Shown here in pieces: positions 11,200-24,789 of a stretch of DNA of 64,000 nt. The stretch is from Stegostoma tigrinum (Eukaryota). The notes under the pieces were generated by a model. The model ran no database searches and had not been told where the DNA came from. It saw nothing but the letters and a program-made list of their open reading frames with translations. The stretch is from NCBI RefSeq assembly GCF_030684315.1, contig NC_081368.1, positions 48,189,734 to 48,253,733 on the forward strand, given 5' to 3'. The translations under genes and the position numbers were made by a program. Each line of letters starts with the position of its first letter. Positions within the stretch are counted from its first letter, which is position 1.

Positions 11200-12590
11200 C
11201 TGAATCAGCAAAATGATGGCAGGGGGTCATCAACGCTGTGATCAATTTACTTAATCTGATCACTGAATTACAATCTGGGTTTTGCCAGCACCACTCAGCT
11301 TCTGATGTTATCACTGTATTAGTTGAACATGAACAAAGATCTGAACACAGAAGGGAGTGGAGAGTGACTACATTTGACATCAAGGCCACATTTGACTGAG
11401 TGTGGCATCAAGGATCCATCACAAAATTGGGCTCAGGGGGAATGGGGGGGGGGGGGGGAAAGAGAGAGAGAGAGAAAACCTCTTCCCTGGTTGGAGTCAT
11501 ATTTGGCATAAAGGAAGATGGCTGTAGATGTTGAAGATCAGTCTTCACAGTTCAAAGCTATCTCTGCAGATGTTCCTCGGGGTAGTGTCCTAGGCCCGGT
11601 AATCTCCAGCTATTTCATCATCAACAACCTTCCCTCCATCAAAACCTTCATGTCACCTCAGATACTGGAGTAGTACATGTCCAAATGCACCAGGTTCTGG
11701 GTGATGTCCAGGCTTGGACTGACAAAAGGAGAGTAAAATTCATGCTGTACTAATGCCAGGCAAAGACCTTCCCCAGAAGAGAGAATTGAACGATTTGAAT
11801 TTCAATGGCTTCATAAATCACTGAATTTCTAATATCAACATCCTGGGGGTCATCATTGACCAGAAATTGAACTGAATGTAGGAACAAATTATTACAGATG
11901 CTGGAATCTGTACTGAAAACAAAAAATGAAGAAAGTCATAGTGCGTCAGGCAGCATCCATGGAGTCAGAGCAAGCTAACACTTCAAGTCTAGATGACTCA
12001 AAACATTGGCTTGCTCTCTCTCTATGGATGCTGTCTGACATACTGCAATTTCAAACATTTTTTGTTTTCAGAAATTTAACTAAACTAGCTATTCAAATAC
12101 TGTGACAACAATAGCAGGTCAGACACTGGGAATCCTACCAATTCACCTACTGATGCCCAAAAGCCAATTCACTATCTATAAGGCACAAGTCAGGAGTGTA
12201 ATAGAATATTCCTCACTCTCCTGGATGAGTTCAGTTCAAACAACACTTGAGAAACTTGACACCAACCACCATAAGGCAGGTTGTTTCACTGGTATGACAT
12301 GCTCAAACATTCACTCCCTCCACCACCAACACTCAGTAGCATCAGTGTGAAACGTGTACAAGATGCACTGCAGACATTCAACATGGCTCCTTACACAGCA
12401 CCTTCCAAGTCCGTGACCACTATCTGGAACAGTATTATGGGTGAACCTACACCTCTGATGCCATTATGGATAAAGCTGCACCAAACAGGCTGCAGTGATT
12501 TAAGAAGACAGTTCACCATTTTTTCAGAGTTTCTAGAGATCAGTAATATTTGCTAGCCCAGCCAGTGAAGGTCACACCCTTGAACTAATT
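11200..12590 (+). mobile_element. Decayed CR1/L2-group LINE (RT to 3' end), interrupted by an inverted PLE repeat at about 11880-12070
   Basis: Degenerate D-I-K-A-x-F-D and V-P-x-G-S-V-L-G-P motifs; IYKAQVRSVIEYS in ORF 12102-12350; related fragments near 15740-16260, 35180-35610, 40220-41330, 50040-50330, 61780-62510. Confidence 0.7.
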
Positions 12591-12949
12591 AAAATAGAAA
12601 AACTACATAGATCTAGTTATATGTTTATTCACTTGTATTCTATACTCCAGGTAATATACACTAGTTTTACATAAGTGCTCATATCCTTGGAACATTCTGT
12701 TCTATCTACACTGTATTCATATCAAGACTAATTCTAATTCTTTTGTAGCCCTGAACTGTACGTATTACTTCAAATATAGACTAAACAGAACTTCGAATAG
12801 CTGTGGCACATTGTATTCTTACCTTCCAATTATAAAGACTAATATTCCATTTCACTCTTCTTTGTACAAAAAGATGGAAATATTTACAGATCCTATATAA
12901 CTAAACAAAAATAACGATACAACAAACAGAAAGGTAGCACAAGAGCAAA

Positions 12950-14790
12950 ACCTGCAAATGCTGGAAATTGGGAATATAAAATTAACATGATGGAAATGCT
13001 CGAGATAACAAAGTGTAGAGCTGAATGAACAGAGCAGGCCAAGCAGCATCTTAGGAGCATAAAAGCTGACATTTCAGGCTTAGACCCTTCATCAGAAGAG
13101 GGGGAGGGGGACAGGGTTCTGAAATATATAGGGACAGAGCGGAAGACAGATCGAAGATGGATTGAGGAGAGGATAGGTGGAGAGGAGACAGACAAGTTAA
13201 AGGGGCGGGGATGGAGCCAGTAAAGGTGAGTGTAGGTGGGGAGGTAGGGAAGGGATAGGTCAGTCCGGGGAGGATGGACAGGTCAAGGGTTAGGGGATGA
13301 GGTTAGTAGGAAGGAAATGGGGGTGCAGTTTGAGGTGGGAAGAAGGGGATAGGTGAGAGGAAGGGGCGAGCTCGGATTGTAGATGGCGGAAGTGTCGGAG
13401 GATGATGTGTTGTATCCGGAGGTTGGTGGGGTGGTACGTGAGGATGAGGGGGTTTCTCTTTTGGTGGTTATTGCGGGGTTGGGGTGTGAGGGATGAGTTG
13501 CAGGAAATGCAGGAGACGTGGTCGAGGGCTTTCTCGATCACTGCGGGGGGAAGGAGAGGGGAAGAGTTGCGGCCCTTGAAAAACGAGGATATCTGAGATG
13601 TACGGGAGTAGAATGCCTCATCTTGGGAGCAGATGCAGCAGAGGCGAAGGAATTGGGAATAGGGGATGGCATTTTTGCAGCAAGGTGGGTGGGAGGTGGT
13701 GTATTCTAGGTAGCTGTGGGAGTCAGTGGGCTTAAAATGGATATCGGTTTTTAGGCGGTTGCCTGCGATGGAGACAGAGAGGTCCAGGAATGTGAGGGAG
13801 GTGTTAGAGATAGTCCAGGTGAACTTGAGGTTGGGGTGGAAGGTGTTAGTGAAGTGGATGAACTGTTCAAGCTCCTCAGGGGAGCACGAGGCGGCGCCAA
13901 TACAGTAATCAATGTAACGGAGGAAGAGGTGGGGTTTTAGGGCCAGTGTAGGTACGGAACAGGGATTGTTCCACATAACCTAAAAAGAGGCAGGCACACT
14001 TTGGACCGATGCGGGTACCCATGGCCACCCCTTTGTCTGTAGGAAGTGGGAGGAATCGAAAGAGAAGTTGTTGAGGGTGAGGACAAGTTCGGCTAGGCGG
14101 ATGAGGGTGTCAGTGGAGGGGGAGTGGTCGGGCCTGCGGGACAGGAAGAAGCGGAGGGCCTTTAGGTCATCTGCATGGGGAATGCAGGTGTATAGGGACT
14201 GGACATCTATAATAAAAATGAGGTGTTGGGGACCAGGGAATTGGAAGTTCTGGAGGGTGTGGGTGGTGTCACAGACGTAGGTAGGAAGTTCCTGGACCAA
14301 GGGGGAGAAAATGGAGTCCAGATAGGTGGAGATGAGTTCGATGGGGCAGGAGCAGGCAGACACAGTGGGATGATCAGGACAGGCAGGTTTGTGGATTTTG
14401 GGAAGGAGATAGAAGTGGGTTGTGCGGGGTTGGGGAGCAATGAGGTTGGAGGTGGTGGGTGGGAGGTCACCAGAGGTGATGAGGTTGTGGATGGTTTGGG
14501 AGATGATGGTTTTGTGCTTGGGGGTGGGGTCATGTCCAGGGGGCAGGTGGTAGGAGGTGGTGTCGGAGAGTTGGCGTCTGGCCTCAGCGGCATACTACAA
14601 CTGTGCCTCCCTTGTCCGTAGCGTTTTATGGTGAGGTTGGGATTGGAGTGGAGGGCTGCACATTCTGCCGGGGGGGGGGGGGGGGGGGGGGGGGGGGAAC
14701 AGGGGAAGAGGTTGGTGTGGGCGAGGGGGGTGGAGAGGTTGAGGCGATTGATGTCTCGACGGCAGTTGGAGATGAAGAGGTCGAGGGAGG
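12950..14790 (-). mobile_element. Penelope-like element with RT and thumb region, GIY-YIG deleted
   Basis: DVQSLYTCIPH, LVLTLNNFSF, LFLRYID, TDIHFKPTDSHSYLEY in ORFs 13980-14363 and 13290-13976; 3' terminal repeat with CTGATGA...GAAA motif at 13066-13095. Confidence 0.9.
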
Positions 14791-15219
14791 CTAGGAGGCC
14801 TTGTGGTGGTGTCCAGGAGGTGGGAAATGCTCAGCAGGTCGAAGTAGCATCTGCAAACAAAAAGCTTTAGTGTGTTGGGTTTATCCATCTTTCAGGTGAG
14901 GCTTTGAATCTAGAACCCCCTGCTTATTCAGCTGCATGCAAAAGATCATGCAGTACCTTCTCAAGAATAATACGGATTCTTTACTTGCACTGATCATCAT
15001 TCTTGTTAACATCACCAAACGGATCAATAGATTATTGATCTAGGTTCATTTTTGTGAGAACTTGCAATATGCAATTTAGTTGTTGCATTTTCCCATGTAA
15101 AAAAAAAGTGACTATCCTTCAGATAATGAGTTGATCATAAATCACTTCAAGACAAGGGGGCTGTGCGATGCACTCAACAATGTGTGCTGTTTCTTTTATT
15201 AATTATGTAATAAATTCAC

Positions 15220-15357
15220 CTGCAATTCTTCATCTGTCAGATTTTCTCCAAGTTCTTTTGCTACACGTTTCAGATTTTTGAATGAGATTCGCCCAGTTTC
15301 ATCATCATCAAATAGTCTAAAGGCTTTCAAAATTTCCTCCTTTGTATCTTTCTCAGC
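15220..15357 (-). CDS. CETN2: Centrin-2 coding exon 4 (EF-hand 3)
   Basis: ctcag|GCT...CAG|gtgaat; [46 protein letters not shown], 138 nt, phase 0/0. Confidence 0.97.
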
Positions 15358-16425
15358 CTGAGAAAAACAGCCAAATGCAGAGATTCAGTTTCTAATTTTA
15401 TTAATTTTTTTTAAAAAATTCCATGCATCAATAAGTTTCCTAGGCATTGTAATGTTGTACAAGGGAGAAATATGACAAGATCCTGTTCAATGTGAAAATT
15501 GCAGTCAACGAACCCAAGCCCTACAACACCTCTAAATTTTGCAGATATTTTGTTTCCTAATAAATGAAGATCAACATTGGGTGTATATCAAACTCTACAC
15601 AATTTGACATTTCTCTTTTTCCATTTAGAATAGTCTATAATTTGGAGTTGGCAATGGAAGTGAAATGGAGCTAATCAACCATTACATAGACTTCTTTCCA
15701 CAATTCATTCTGCTGCAGTTCTGTGTTTAGTTCTTCAAGGTATGCGGAGGTCACTGGTTTGTCATGTGTTTGTTGTTCAAATGGTGGTGGTAAGTTGCCA
15801 TTGAACTGTTATAGTCCATGAGGTGTAGATACAGCACAGTGCTCTCAGGAAGGGAGTTCCAGGATACTGATTTACAGCAATAAACAAAATATTGAAGTTC
15901 CAAGTCAGAATGGCACATAACTTGACGGAGAACTTCTAGTTGGTAGTATTTCCATGTCTGCTACCCTAGTCTGTGTGGTAGAGGTTGCAGATCTGGAAGG
16001 TGTTGATGAAGGAGCCTTAATGAATTGTTGCAGTGCAAATTGTGTATGGCACACACAAATACCAGTGTGTCAGTAGTGGAGGGAGTGACTGTTTAAGGTG
16101 GTGAATGGAGGCCCAACCAATCGACCTGCTTTTCCCTGGGTGGTGGTAAGTTTTGTGAATGTTACTGGAACCACATTCATTGAGGCAATTGGAGGTATTC
16201 TACCATACTCTTGACTTCCGTCATGTAGATGGTCGAGATATGAGGAGTCAGAAGTTAATTAATAAGTAGTTTGTGAAAAGTAAAAGATTGCAAGTGAGTT
16301 TGGAAGTTCACACCATAGAGTGCTACAGCAAGACCCACTTCTGCAGACCAAATGTTGAGCTCCCTTAACTGTAACTTTTAAAAGAAACAAATGCAACAAC
16401 ATTCATCTTCACTTTTTAAAATTAC

Positions 16426-16554
16426 CATTTTTTGTGTGATGACTGCCAAAAATTCATTAAAGTCAATTTTCCCAGTGCCTTCTTTATCAATTTCTGCAAT
16501 CATTTTCTTTATCTCTTCTTTCTTGGGTTCAAATCCCAAAGCTCGCATTGCAAC
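16426..16554 (-). CDS. CETN2: Centrin-2 coding exon 3 (EF-hand 2)
   Basis: ttcag|GTT...ATG|gtaatt; [43 protein letters not shown], 129 nt. Confidence 0.97.
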
Positions 16555-17736
16555 CTGAAGAAAAAAAAAAATATGAATGACACGGACTGTCATCATTTAA
16601 AGTCAGGATTGCATTCCTGAAAATTGTGATTTTAAGTCAAAAGATTTCCAATGAAGCATCGACTGTAAAATCTGGAATTAGGTTCCCTCCGAGTTTAAAA
16701 ACAGGCGAAGCTGTGTTTGAAGTTATTAAATTCTTACATTGGTAAGTAAAATACATTTAAAAATTCAGAACGAAAGTGTTCTACAGGGCTATTAGATTGG
16801 CCAGGTCCATCTAGTGGCGGAGTTGATTAGTGCAGTTGGACACCAAAGACCACATGCACCGACTGTCCAAGTCCATTGGATAGAGCCCCAGAACCCAGTT
16901 ACTGATTTGTGATTGTGACAAATACTGACAATGCATGCAAAGGATGTTAAAATTAAAATGCCAGAGCAAAAGGGAAAAAAAAGGCCCGAAAGAACAAATG
17001 GGGTTGAAACAAACTAACAGACTAACATTAAATTTGGACAATGTGTACTTATCACGGTCAACATATTGCTGAAAAATGACGACTTGTGGATGACTTCCAA
17101 ACCCATACACACATTCAGTCAAATGATCCACCACTGTTAGGAAATTAACCTAGAAGGTTACATGATTCATTTGAACAGATAAAGAGCAGATGTAATGTTG
17201 CTGAACTCATACAACTAATGTAAGAAGATACATTCAGTTTGACATTCTTTTGCACTGGTTTACAAAAAATTACCAAAAGTATGAAACGTTCATCTGAAAA
17301 TTAACATTTGGACAGAGGCAATAAGCAAATTCAAAACCTAACAAGAGCTATTCAGTAGCCCAACCGATCCATGCTGGTGTTTAGTCTCTACAAAAGCCTT
17401 TTCATATAGCCGACTCAACATTTTTTTTTATGTTTTCTCTTGTGTCTACATAGCTTTCACTTGATTTAAAAGTTTTACAGGTGCAACACAATACTGACAT
17501 TCACTATTGTCAGCAACAATTTAAGGCAAGTTTGGGCAGCACTTCAGACAAAGCAATAGCACTGCACAAACAGTACTGGATCCAAGGCACCAATTTACGA
17601 AGCATAATATCAAAAAGTCATAATACCTCTAATTAAATCCAAAACCCATATTTTAAACTTGAATGAAAAAGGACAAGTATGAGGATGTGAAAGAAGACTA
17701 GTTACCATGAACTGGCAAATAAGGCTAAGAACATCA

Positions 17737-18079
17737 GGGCGTCACGGTGGCTCAGTGGTTAGCACTGCTGCCACAGTACCAGGGATTCCAACCTCAGATG
17801 ACTGTTTGTGTGGAGTTTGCACATTTTCCCTGTAGGTTTCCTCTGGGTGCTCCAGTTTCTTCCCACAATCCAAAGACATGCAGGATTGGTGGACTGGCCA
17901 TGATATATTGCCCACAGTCTTCAGGGATGTGTAGGTTAAGTGCATTAGTCATGGGAAATGCAGGGTTACAGGGATAAGATGGGGGGGAGGAAATGGGTCT
18001 GGGTGGGATGCTCTTTGGAGAGTTGGTGTGGACATGATGGGCTGAATGATGTGTTTCCTTGCTGTGGGGACTCTTTTGA
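17737..18079 (+). mobile_element. HE1-type tRNA-derived V-SINE
   Basis: Head cacggtggctcagtggttagcactgctgcc, central tgtggagtttgcacatt...ccaaagacatgcagg domain, CR1-like tail. Confidence 0.85.
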
Positions 18080-18290
18080 TCAACTCTCGGAATATATCAG
18101 TAGATTATGTTGCGGCACACATTTAGGGGTTTATCTTAAAATATACAAAATAATTATTTCTCAAGAGGAAAGAAAAAAATCTAAGGGGAATGTCTATCAC
18201 AGTGTTTAATTCAAAAAGTTAAAAATAGTGTAAAAGATAAATCTGTGCTGCATAAATCTACCACTCTATAAAAAGCATATCATCGTGCAA

Positions 18291-18820
18291 ACATAAGAAC
18301 ATAAGATATAGGAGTAGGAGTAGGCCATCCGGCCTGTCGAGCCTGCTCTGTCATTCAATAAGATCATGGCTGATCTTTTTGTGGACTTGGCTCCACTTAC
18401 CCACCCTCTCACCATTACCCTTAATTCCATTACTGTTCAAAAATCTAACTTTGACTTAAAAAGCATTCAATGAGGTTGCCTCAACTGCTTCACTGGGCAG
18501 GGAATTCCACAGATTCACAACTCTTTTGGGTGAAGAAGTTCCTTTTCAACTCAATCCTAACTCTGCTCCCCCTTATTTTGAGGCCATGCCCACAGGTTCT
18601 AGATTCACCTGCCAGTAGAAACAACCTCCCTGCTTCTATCTTATCTATTCTCTTCATAATTTAATGTTTCTATAAGATTCCCCCCTCATCCTTGTAAATT
18701 CCAATGAATATACTCCCAGAGTACTCAATTTTTTCTCATAAGCCAAGCCCCCTCAATTATGGGATCAACCCAGCGAACCTCATCTGCACCCCTTTCAGTA
18801 CGGTACATCCTGTCTCAAGT
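18291..18820 (-). mobile_element. CR1 LINE 3' fragment
   Basis: acataagaacataaga tail repeat followed by typical CR1 3' sequence (gggaattccacagattcacaac). Confidence 0.75.
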
Positions 18821-18879
18821 AAAGAGACTAAGCTCGACAGCAGGTCAGAACATTGGATCGAGCATTATTAAGTAGAAAA

Positions 18880-19815
18880 GATTGATGGAAAATTAACGAG
18901 AAAAATTAGAATACAGTAAAAGCTGGCTAGAAATATGAAAAAGGTGGTAAATATTTCTTCAGATTTTTTTGAAAAAAAGTTCACAAAAAGTGAGCCTTGG
19001 TCCAATAGAATGTGAATTTAGAAAATTAATAAGGGAAAATAAGGAGACTGCACATGAATTTGAGCTGGTATTTTACATATCTTCTACAATGAAGATTGAC
19101 AGGCAATATCCCAGAATTAGTTGTAAATCAGAAAAAGGAGCAAGGTAACAAAAAGTTACAATCAGAGAAATGGTACTGAACAAATTGTTGCAACTGCTGT
19201 CTGACAAGTTCCTGGATCCTGATGGACTTCATCCCAGGATCCGAAAAAAAAAAGTGGTTGGTGAAATGGTTGATGCATTGGCTTCATTTTACAAAATTCC
19301 TTAGACTCGAGAAACATTCTTGTAAGATTTGAAGAGAACAAATGTAATTCTTTTATTCAAAAAAAGGGAGACAGAAAACAGAATAATACAGGCTAGTTAT
19401 CTTAGCATCTCATGAGGAAGACATTAGAAGCTATTATTACAGACCTTATATCAGGGCACATAGAACATAGGTAATCAGGTAGTGTGAACATGCCTTTGTA
19501 AAAAGGATTTCCAAATTTAACCAGTTTGCTGGAATTCTTTAAGGAAACAAAATTATGCTGTAGAGAAAGGGAAACTGATGGATAAAAATCTATTCAGATT
19601 TATACAAGGCATTTTGATAAAGTGTCACATTAAAGCTTATTGTGGGAAATAAAGCTCATGGCATTGGGGGTAGCATATTGGCGTGGATAAGAGATTGACA
19701 AAGTAACAGAACTACAACAGTGTAAAAAGTTATCAGAACTAGTAGGAACATGGAATAATCACATCAGCTATGGTCTTCTTGAGTGGCAGAGCAGACTACT
19801 CCTACTTCCAATTTG
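18880..19815 (+). mobile_element. Decayed CR1 LINE RT fragment
   Basis: Degenerate PGPDGLHPR, NVIxLFKK, YRxVxL and KAFDKV motifs; ends next to the CETN2 exon 2 donor. Confidence 0.7.
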
Positions 19816-19827
19816 TGTGTTTAATAC

Positions 19828-19986
19828 CTTTAATTCTTTGGCATCAATAGATCCAGCGCCATCTGTGTCAAATAGATCGAATGCTTCTCGTATTTCCTGT
19901 TTTTGTTCTTCAGTGATTTCTGGTTTTGGTCCAGCTTTCTTCATTTGTACTGCTGTACTCAAAGGTGTCTTTTTATAGGCAGAGGT
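19828..19986 (-). CDS. CETN2: Centrin-2 coding exon 2 (N-terminal extension and EF-hand 1)
   Basis: ttacag|ACC...AAG|gtatta; [53 protein letters not shown], 53 codons, same length as the human exon. Confidence 0.96.
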
Positions 19987-21609
19987 CTGTAACATTGCAA
20001 ATAATCATATGTTTTCAAATTAGAAAGGATACTGTGTATTCCATCAATATCTTTGACTAGAAACATATTTCTTTGTGAATTTCAAAGACTTGCACTTACG
20101 CAATACCTTCAACATCATGAAATATTAGAAGGCACCACATGAGAAACAAATGGCAAAGTACAGAGAGAGAGGGAATTACTGAAAGCACACAGTGAAAGTG
20201 GTGAGTTTAAATGAGTGTCTTGCAAAGGAGAAGGATCGGACATTGTGTTTGGACAGAAAATTCCACCATCGGAGCCCCCGGTGCAACCACCGACTGGTGG
20301 TGATGGTAGGGTGGAGGGGGTTTGGGGGAGTACAAGGGACAGGTAGTTAGCCATACTTGATCTGGGCTAACATTTCAGCTGCAAAGACGAAAGTTTAAAT
20401 TTGAGGGTGGAAATTGGGAGGCTAGCTGGGAATCGATTTGATTGAATGTAGAGGTAACAATTTCAATTGTGAAAATTCCATTAACTATGGCTGAGACATA
20501 GATGGAGACAGAAAATGTTTCAAATGTAAAATAGGTACAATAGTCTTTGTAATGAAAATAATATGAAAGTAGAAATCCGACACAGGGTTAAACAGGATCC
20601 TAGAGAGGCAAACAGTCTGGTTCAGACCAAACCGTGGCCACAAAAAGGCGAAGAGTCAGAGGTATAGATAAGGATTCATGTTCATCTCAGCATTTAAAAA
20701 AAAACTGTAATCCTGTGACATGTAGCTAGGTTATCCAATGTCCAAGACTATGCTTCTCAAAACATGGGGCATGTACAAGTATACCTGCAATACCTCACAA
20801 TCCGGAGGAGGCTGGGAGAATTTACAGTTTGTAGGATTTATTTAGAGATTTATAGTTATATTTGAAGCTGTAATGTTGGATACAAGACCATGCAATAATT
20901 TTGCATTAAAGTTTATTTTGTATTCTGGAATTCTACCAAAATATGACAACTTGGGAGTGGGAAGGTGGAAACCATAAATCCTTCCACCAGAAATGGATAG
21001 GGTAGAGTGATAGTTGTTGTCTATTTCCTCTAAAAGAAATAAAAGTGTGACAGATCAGGAAACCTTCAATAATCTCCTCAACCTTATTAAATAGCTCTGG
21101 CAATTTCAAATCCCACTTTGCCCCTCAATAAAATGTTACCTAATTTCTAGGGTGTGGTTTCATGCATACCAAGAACCTTGTATCTTGCCCATGTGGCTAT
21201 TAATCAGAGTACATTGTTATTTCTTCTGCACATCTTCACAGTAATCACTTCTTTCACAGGCAGTGACTCATGCAGGAGTAGTGTTTCACTTACAGCAGTT
21301 ACCCTCTAGTATCCTGTCTAGATTGAACAGGATTTTAACACTTATGTGGTTAAATCAGACTCTTTATGGTATCTTTTCCAGCAATTTATTCTAGTCAGCA
21401 ATTGAGGAAATAGAGGGAGGGATGGAAGATTGTGAGTGGAGGGAATGAGGTGCATATTCCTCCCTGATCCAGAAGATATGAAGATTGTGTTGAAGAAAGA
21501 TCAAGGCCTGAAACATCAAGCTTTCATGCTCCTGTGATGCTGCTTGGCCTGCTGTGTTCATCCAGCTCTACACCTTGTTATCTTAAATGAAGTCAGGTGT
21601 TGGTGATGG

Positions 21610-22745
21610 GAACTATGAAACTCATGGCAGACTGGTACAAAAAGTGAGATCATGAGGTATGAGGAGTGAACTGACAAGATGGATATGGAACTGGCTTAGT
21701 CATAGGAGACAGGGGGTAGAGGTGGAAGAAAGCTTTTTGGAATGGAGGGCTGTGACAAGTGGTGTTCCATAGGAATCAGTACTGGGGCCTCTGCTGTTTG
21801 TGATGTACATAAATGATTTGGAGGAAAACGTAGCTGGTATAATTTGCAGGTTTGTGAATGATACAAAGATTGTTAGAGTTCCAGATAGTGTGAAGGATTG
21901 TCAGAGAATAAAACAGGATATGAATCAGTTGGAGGCACAAGCAGAAAAATGGCAGATGGAGTTTAATCCAGACAAATGCGAGGTGATGCATTTTGGAAAT
22001 AATAAGTGAATGGCAGAAACCTTAGGAGTATTGATATGCAGAGATATATGGATGTGCAGGTCCACAGATCACTGAAAGTGGCAGCACAGGTAGATAAAGC
22101 AGTAAACAAAAAACGCCTATGGCATGCTTCCCTTCATTGGAAGGGGTATTGAGTAGAAGGATAGACAAGTTATGCTGCAGCTTTATAGAATTTCAGTTAG
22201 GCCATACTTGGAATATTGTGCATAGTTCTGATCACCACACTACCAGAAAGATATGGATGCTTTGGAGAAGGTACAGAAAAGGTTTCCTAGGATGTTGCCT
22301 GGTATGGGGGATTTTAGCTAGGAGGAAAGGTTGGATATACTGGATTTGTTTTCACTGGAACACAGGAGTTGAGGGTTAACCTGATAGAAATTTCTAAGAT
22401 TGTGAATGCGTAGATAGAGTGGAAATATGAGGCTTTTTCCCTGGGTGGAAGAGTTAATTACTAGGGGATACAGGTTCAAGGTGTGAGGGGGGTGGTTTAA
22501 GAGATGTGTGAGGCACGTTCTCCATACAAAGGGTGGTGAGTGCCTGGAAGTCACTGCCAGAGGCGGTGGTGGAATCAGACACAATAGCAGCATTCAAGAA
22601 GCACCTGGACAAATAAATGAATAGGAAGGGAAGAGAGGGATTCACATCCTGTAAGTGAAGACAGTTTTAGTATAGATGGGCAAAATGTGTTGACGCACGG
22701 TAGGAGGGTTGAAGGGCCTGCTCCTGTGTTGTATTGTTCTTTGTT
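21610..22745 (+). mobile_element. CR1 (HER1-like) LINE, RT to 3' end
   Basis: GVP*ESVLGPLLF, YINDL, FVNDTK, WQMEFNPDKCEVMHFG; 3' tail gaagggcctgctcctgtgttgtattgttctttgttc. Confidence 0.88.
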
Positions 22746-23028
22746 CCAAACTACTGGATTATGGTTAAAAATATGTCAACCTCACTGAGACAAAAAAACA
22801 TACTCAGCTTCACTTTTCTATCACAGATACACCTATCCATTATAGTATTGGTAGGTATAACCACCACACTCCTTGTGGAAATGAACACCATCTTCAAAAG
22901 AGAAAATACTGTGTATTGTGTTATATGGAACTGCAACCATTCTAAATAAGATAGATTGGAAACAGATATAGCAGCTCACAACTGGGCATCCATGAGGCTA
23001 AAATTCCTAAAATCTGTCCATCTCTTTA

Positions 23029-23340
23029 GGGCAGCACCCGTGGCTCTGTGATTAGCACTGCTGTCTCACAGCACCAGGAACCCGGGTTCGATTCCACCCT
23101 CCGTCCACTGTCTGCAAAGAGTTTGCACATGATTTCCCATGCCTGCATGGGTTTCCTTTGGGCGCTCCAAATTCTTCCCACAGCCCAAAGATGTGCAGGT
23201 TAGGTAGACTGGCCTTGCTAAAAGTATCCAGTGTTCAGGGATGAGTAGATTAGAGCTATGGGTCTAGGTGGGATGCTCCGAGGGTCGACGTGGACTTGTT
23301 GGGCTGAAGTGCCTGTTTCCATACTGTAGGGATTCTATGA
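23029..23340 (+). mobile_element. HE1-type V-SINE
   Basis: tRNA-like head with ggttcgattcc B-box, central domain, tail ending gtagggattctatga. Confidence 0.88.
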
Positions 23341-24789
23341 TAATCTGTTACTCAATTCTACAGCCTAAAAAGGTGTCTAGGTGTACGGGGAGAGCAGGAG
23401 TATGACATCAAGATCAAGGATCAGTTGAATGGCAGAGAGGATTCAATTGGGTGAATGGTCAACTCACATTCGTATTTTCTAAATTTCTATCTGCAAAGCA
23501 CAAGTCAGGTGTGATGGAATTCAATGGGTCCAAAAAGTTTGACAGCTGTGCCACTTTCAGCTATAAACGATTGGATCCAATTAAACAATTGAAGAAAGGG
23601 ATTCCAATGATATCCATATCCTCACCAGGGAGCCTACAACATCAGTGCAAAAGCCAAGAAGAGATGTGCCAAGTGATTTCATTTCAGATGGCAAAAGGAA
23701 ATCTGTTCTTCATTAACACAGGAAATGACACTAAAGGTCTGCTCCATAATAAAGAAAAAAATCAGACAAAGGCCAACTGATGTGATTCTACATTCCTCCT
23801 GAGGTCCCAGCATCACAGATATCAATGAATCTTCAATCATTTTGATTGAGTTCATGTAAAAATCAAGAAATGTCTGAGCCCAGGGCACACAGCAAATGCA
23901 CATTCTGATGAAAAATCACCAGGCTTGAAAGGTTAATTCTGCTTTCTCACAAAAGTTACTGCCAGATCTGCTGAGCTTTGCTAGCAATTTCTGTTTTTAT
24001 TTTTGGAAATAACAAAGGTTACAGATTTAGATGACATCTAGGCCATTGTAGTCAAGAACAAATCAAGCTCCCAGTTAAACTATGTCACTTTTATTGTTGG
24101 ACAAGTAGCAGTGTTGCATTATGAAAATTGGTTAGATACGTTATATTCCATTAAAATAAAAGGGACAAATCCAATCAGGCCAATATCAAGCTGCTACATG
24201 CAAAACTTTGAGTTAGAAGCAGGTGGGATCTTTTGGCTGTGCCAATGTTCTCTGTCAGCTGCATGGACGCACGCCACACACCAGGAAAGCTAAACCTGCA
24301 CATTTCCCATGATTGAATGTAGCCATCAAGTGTGTGGACAAATAGCCAAAGGAGGAATCCTTGTCACACTTCCGACTAGCACATTTCCAAGAGCCACATA
24401 GATAGCCAACGAAAGAATCATCTGGACCTCCACACTGCACATTTTCAACTGTTTCATATGGATAGTGCATGAATCCCAGGATCCTTCACACACCAGAATG
24501 GAGACCAGTACTTCTGAACTTGTGACTTGGCCACACAACTGCTTCTAGCTCTAGGCAAAATGTAAACATCTGTGATTGTCAAAATAGCTAGACCCAATCA
24601 CCACCTGGCAGAAGAGAACTGGGGAGACAGGTGAGTTAACAGCCTTCGCGACAGTGACCAGGAAGACCAGGCACAAGGTCTAGGAGGTAGGTTGCTACTC
24701 TGGAAGCAAGTAAGCCATGCCAGATACATTTCTCTTTTGTATTTTAAAAACTTTGCTTTCTTGATAAATTTAAGTATGTCCAAAAGTAA

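Noticed and set aside
14669-14697. Long G/C homopolymers (also near 6082, 8686, 11443, 27889, 48656) as functional G-quadruplexes
   Set aside because: Mostly inside repeats; lengths are prone to slippage and sequencing error; no independent support.
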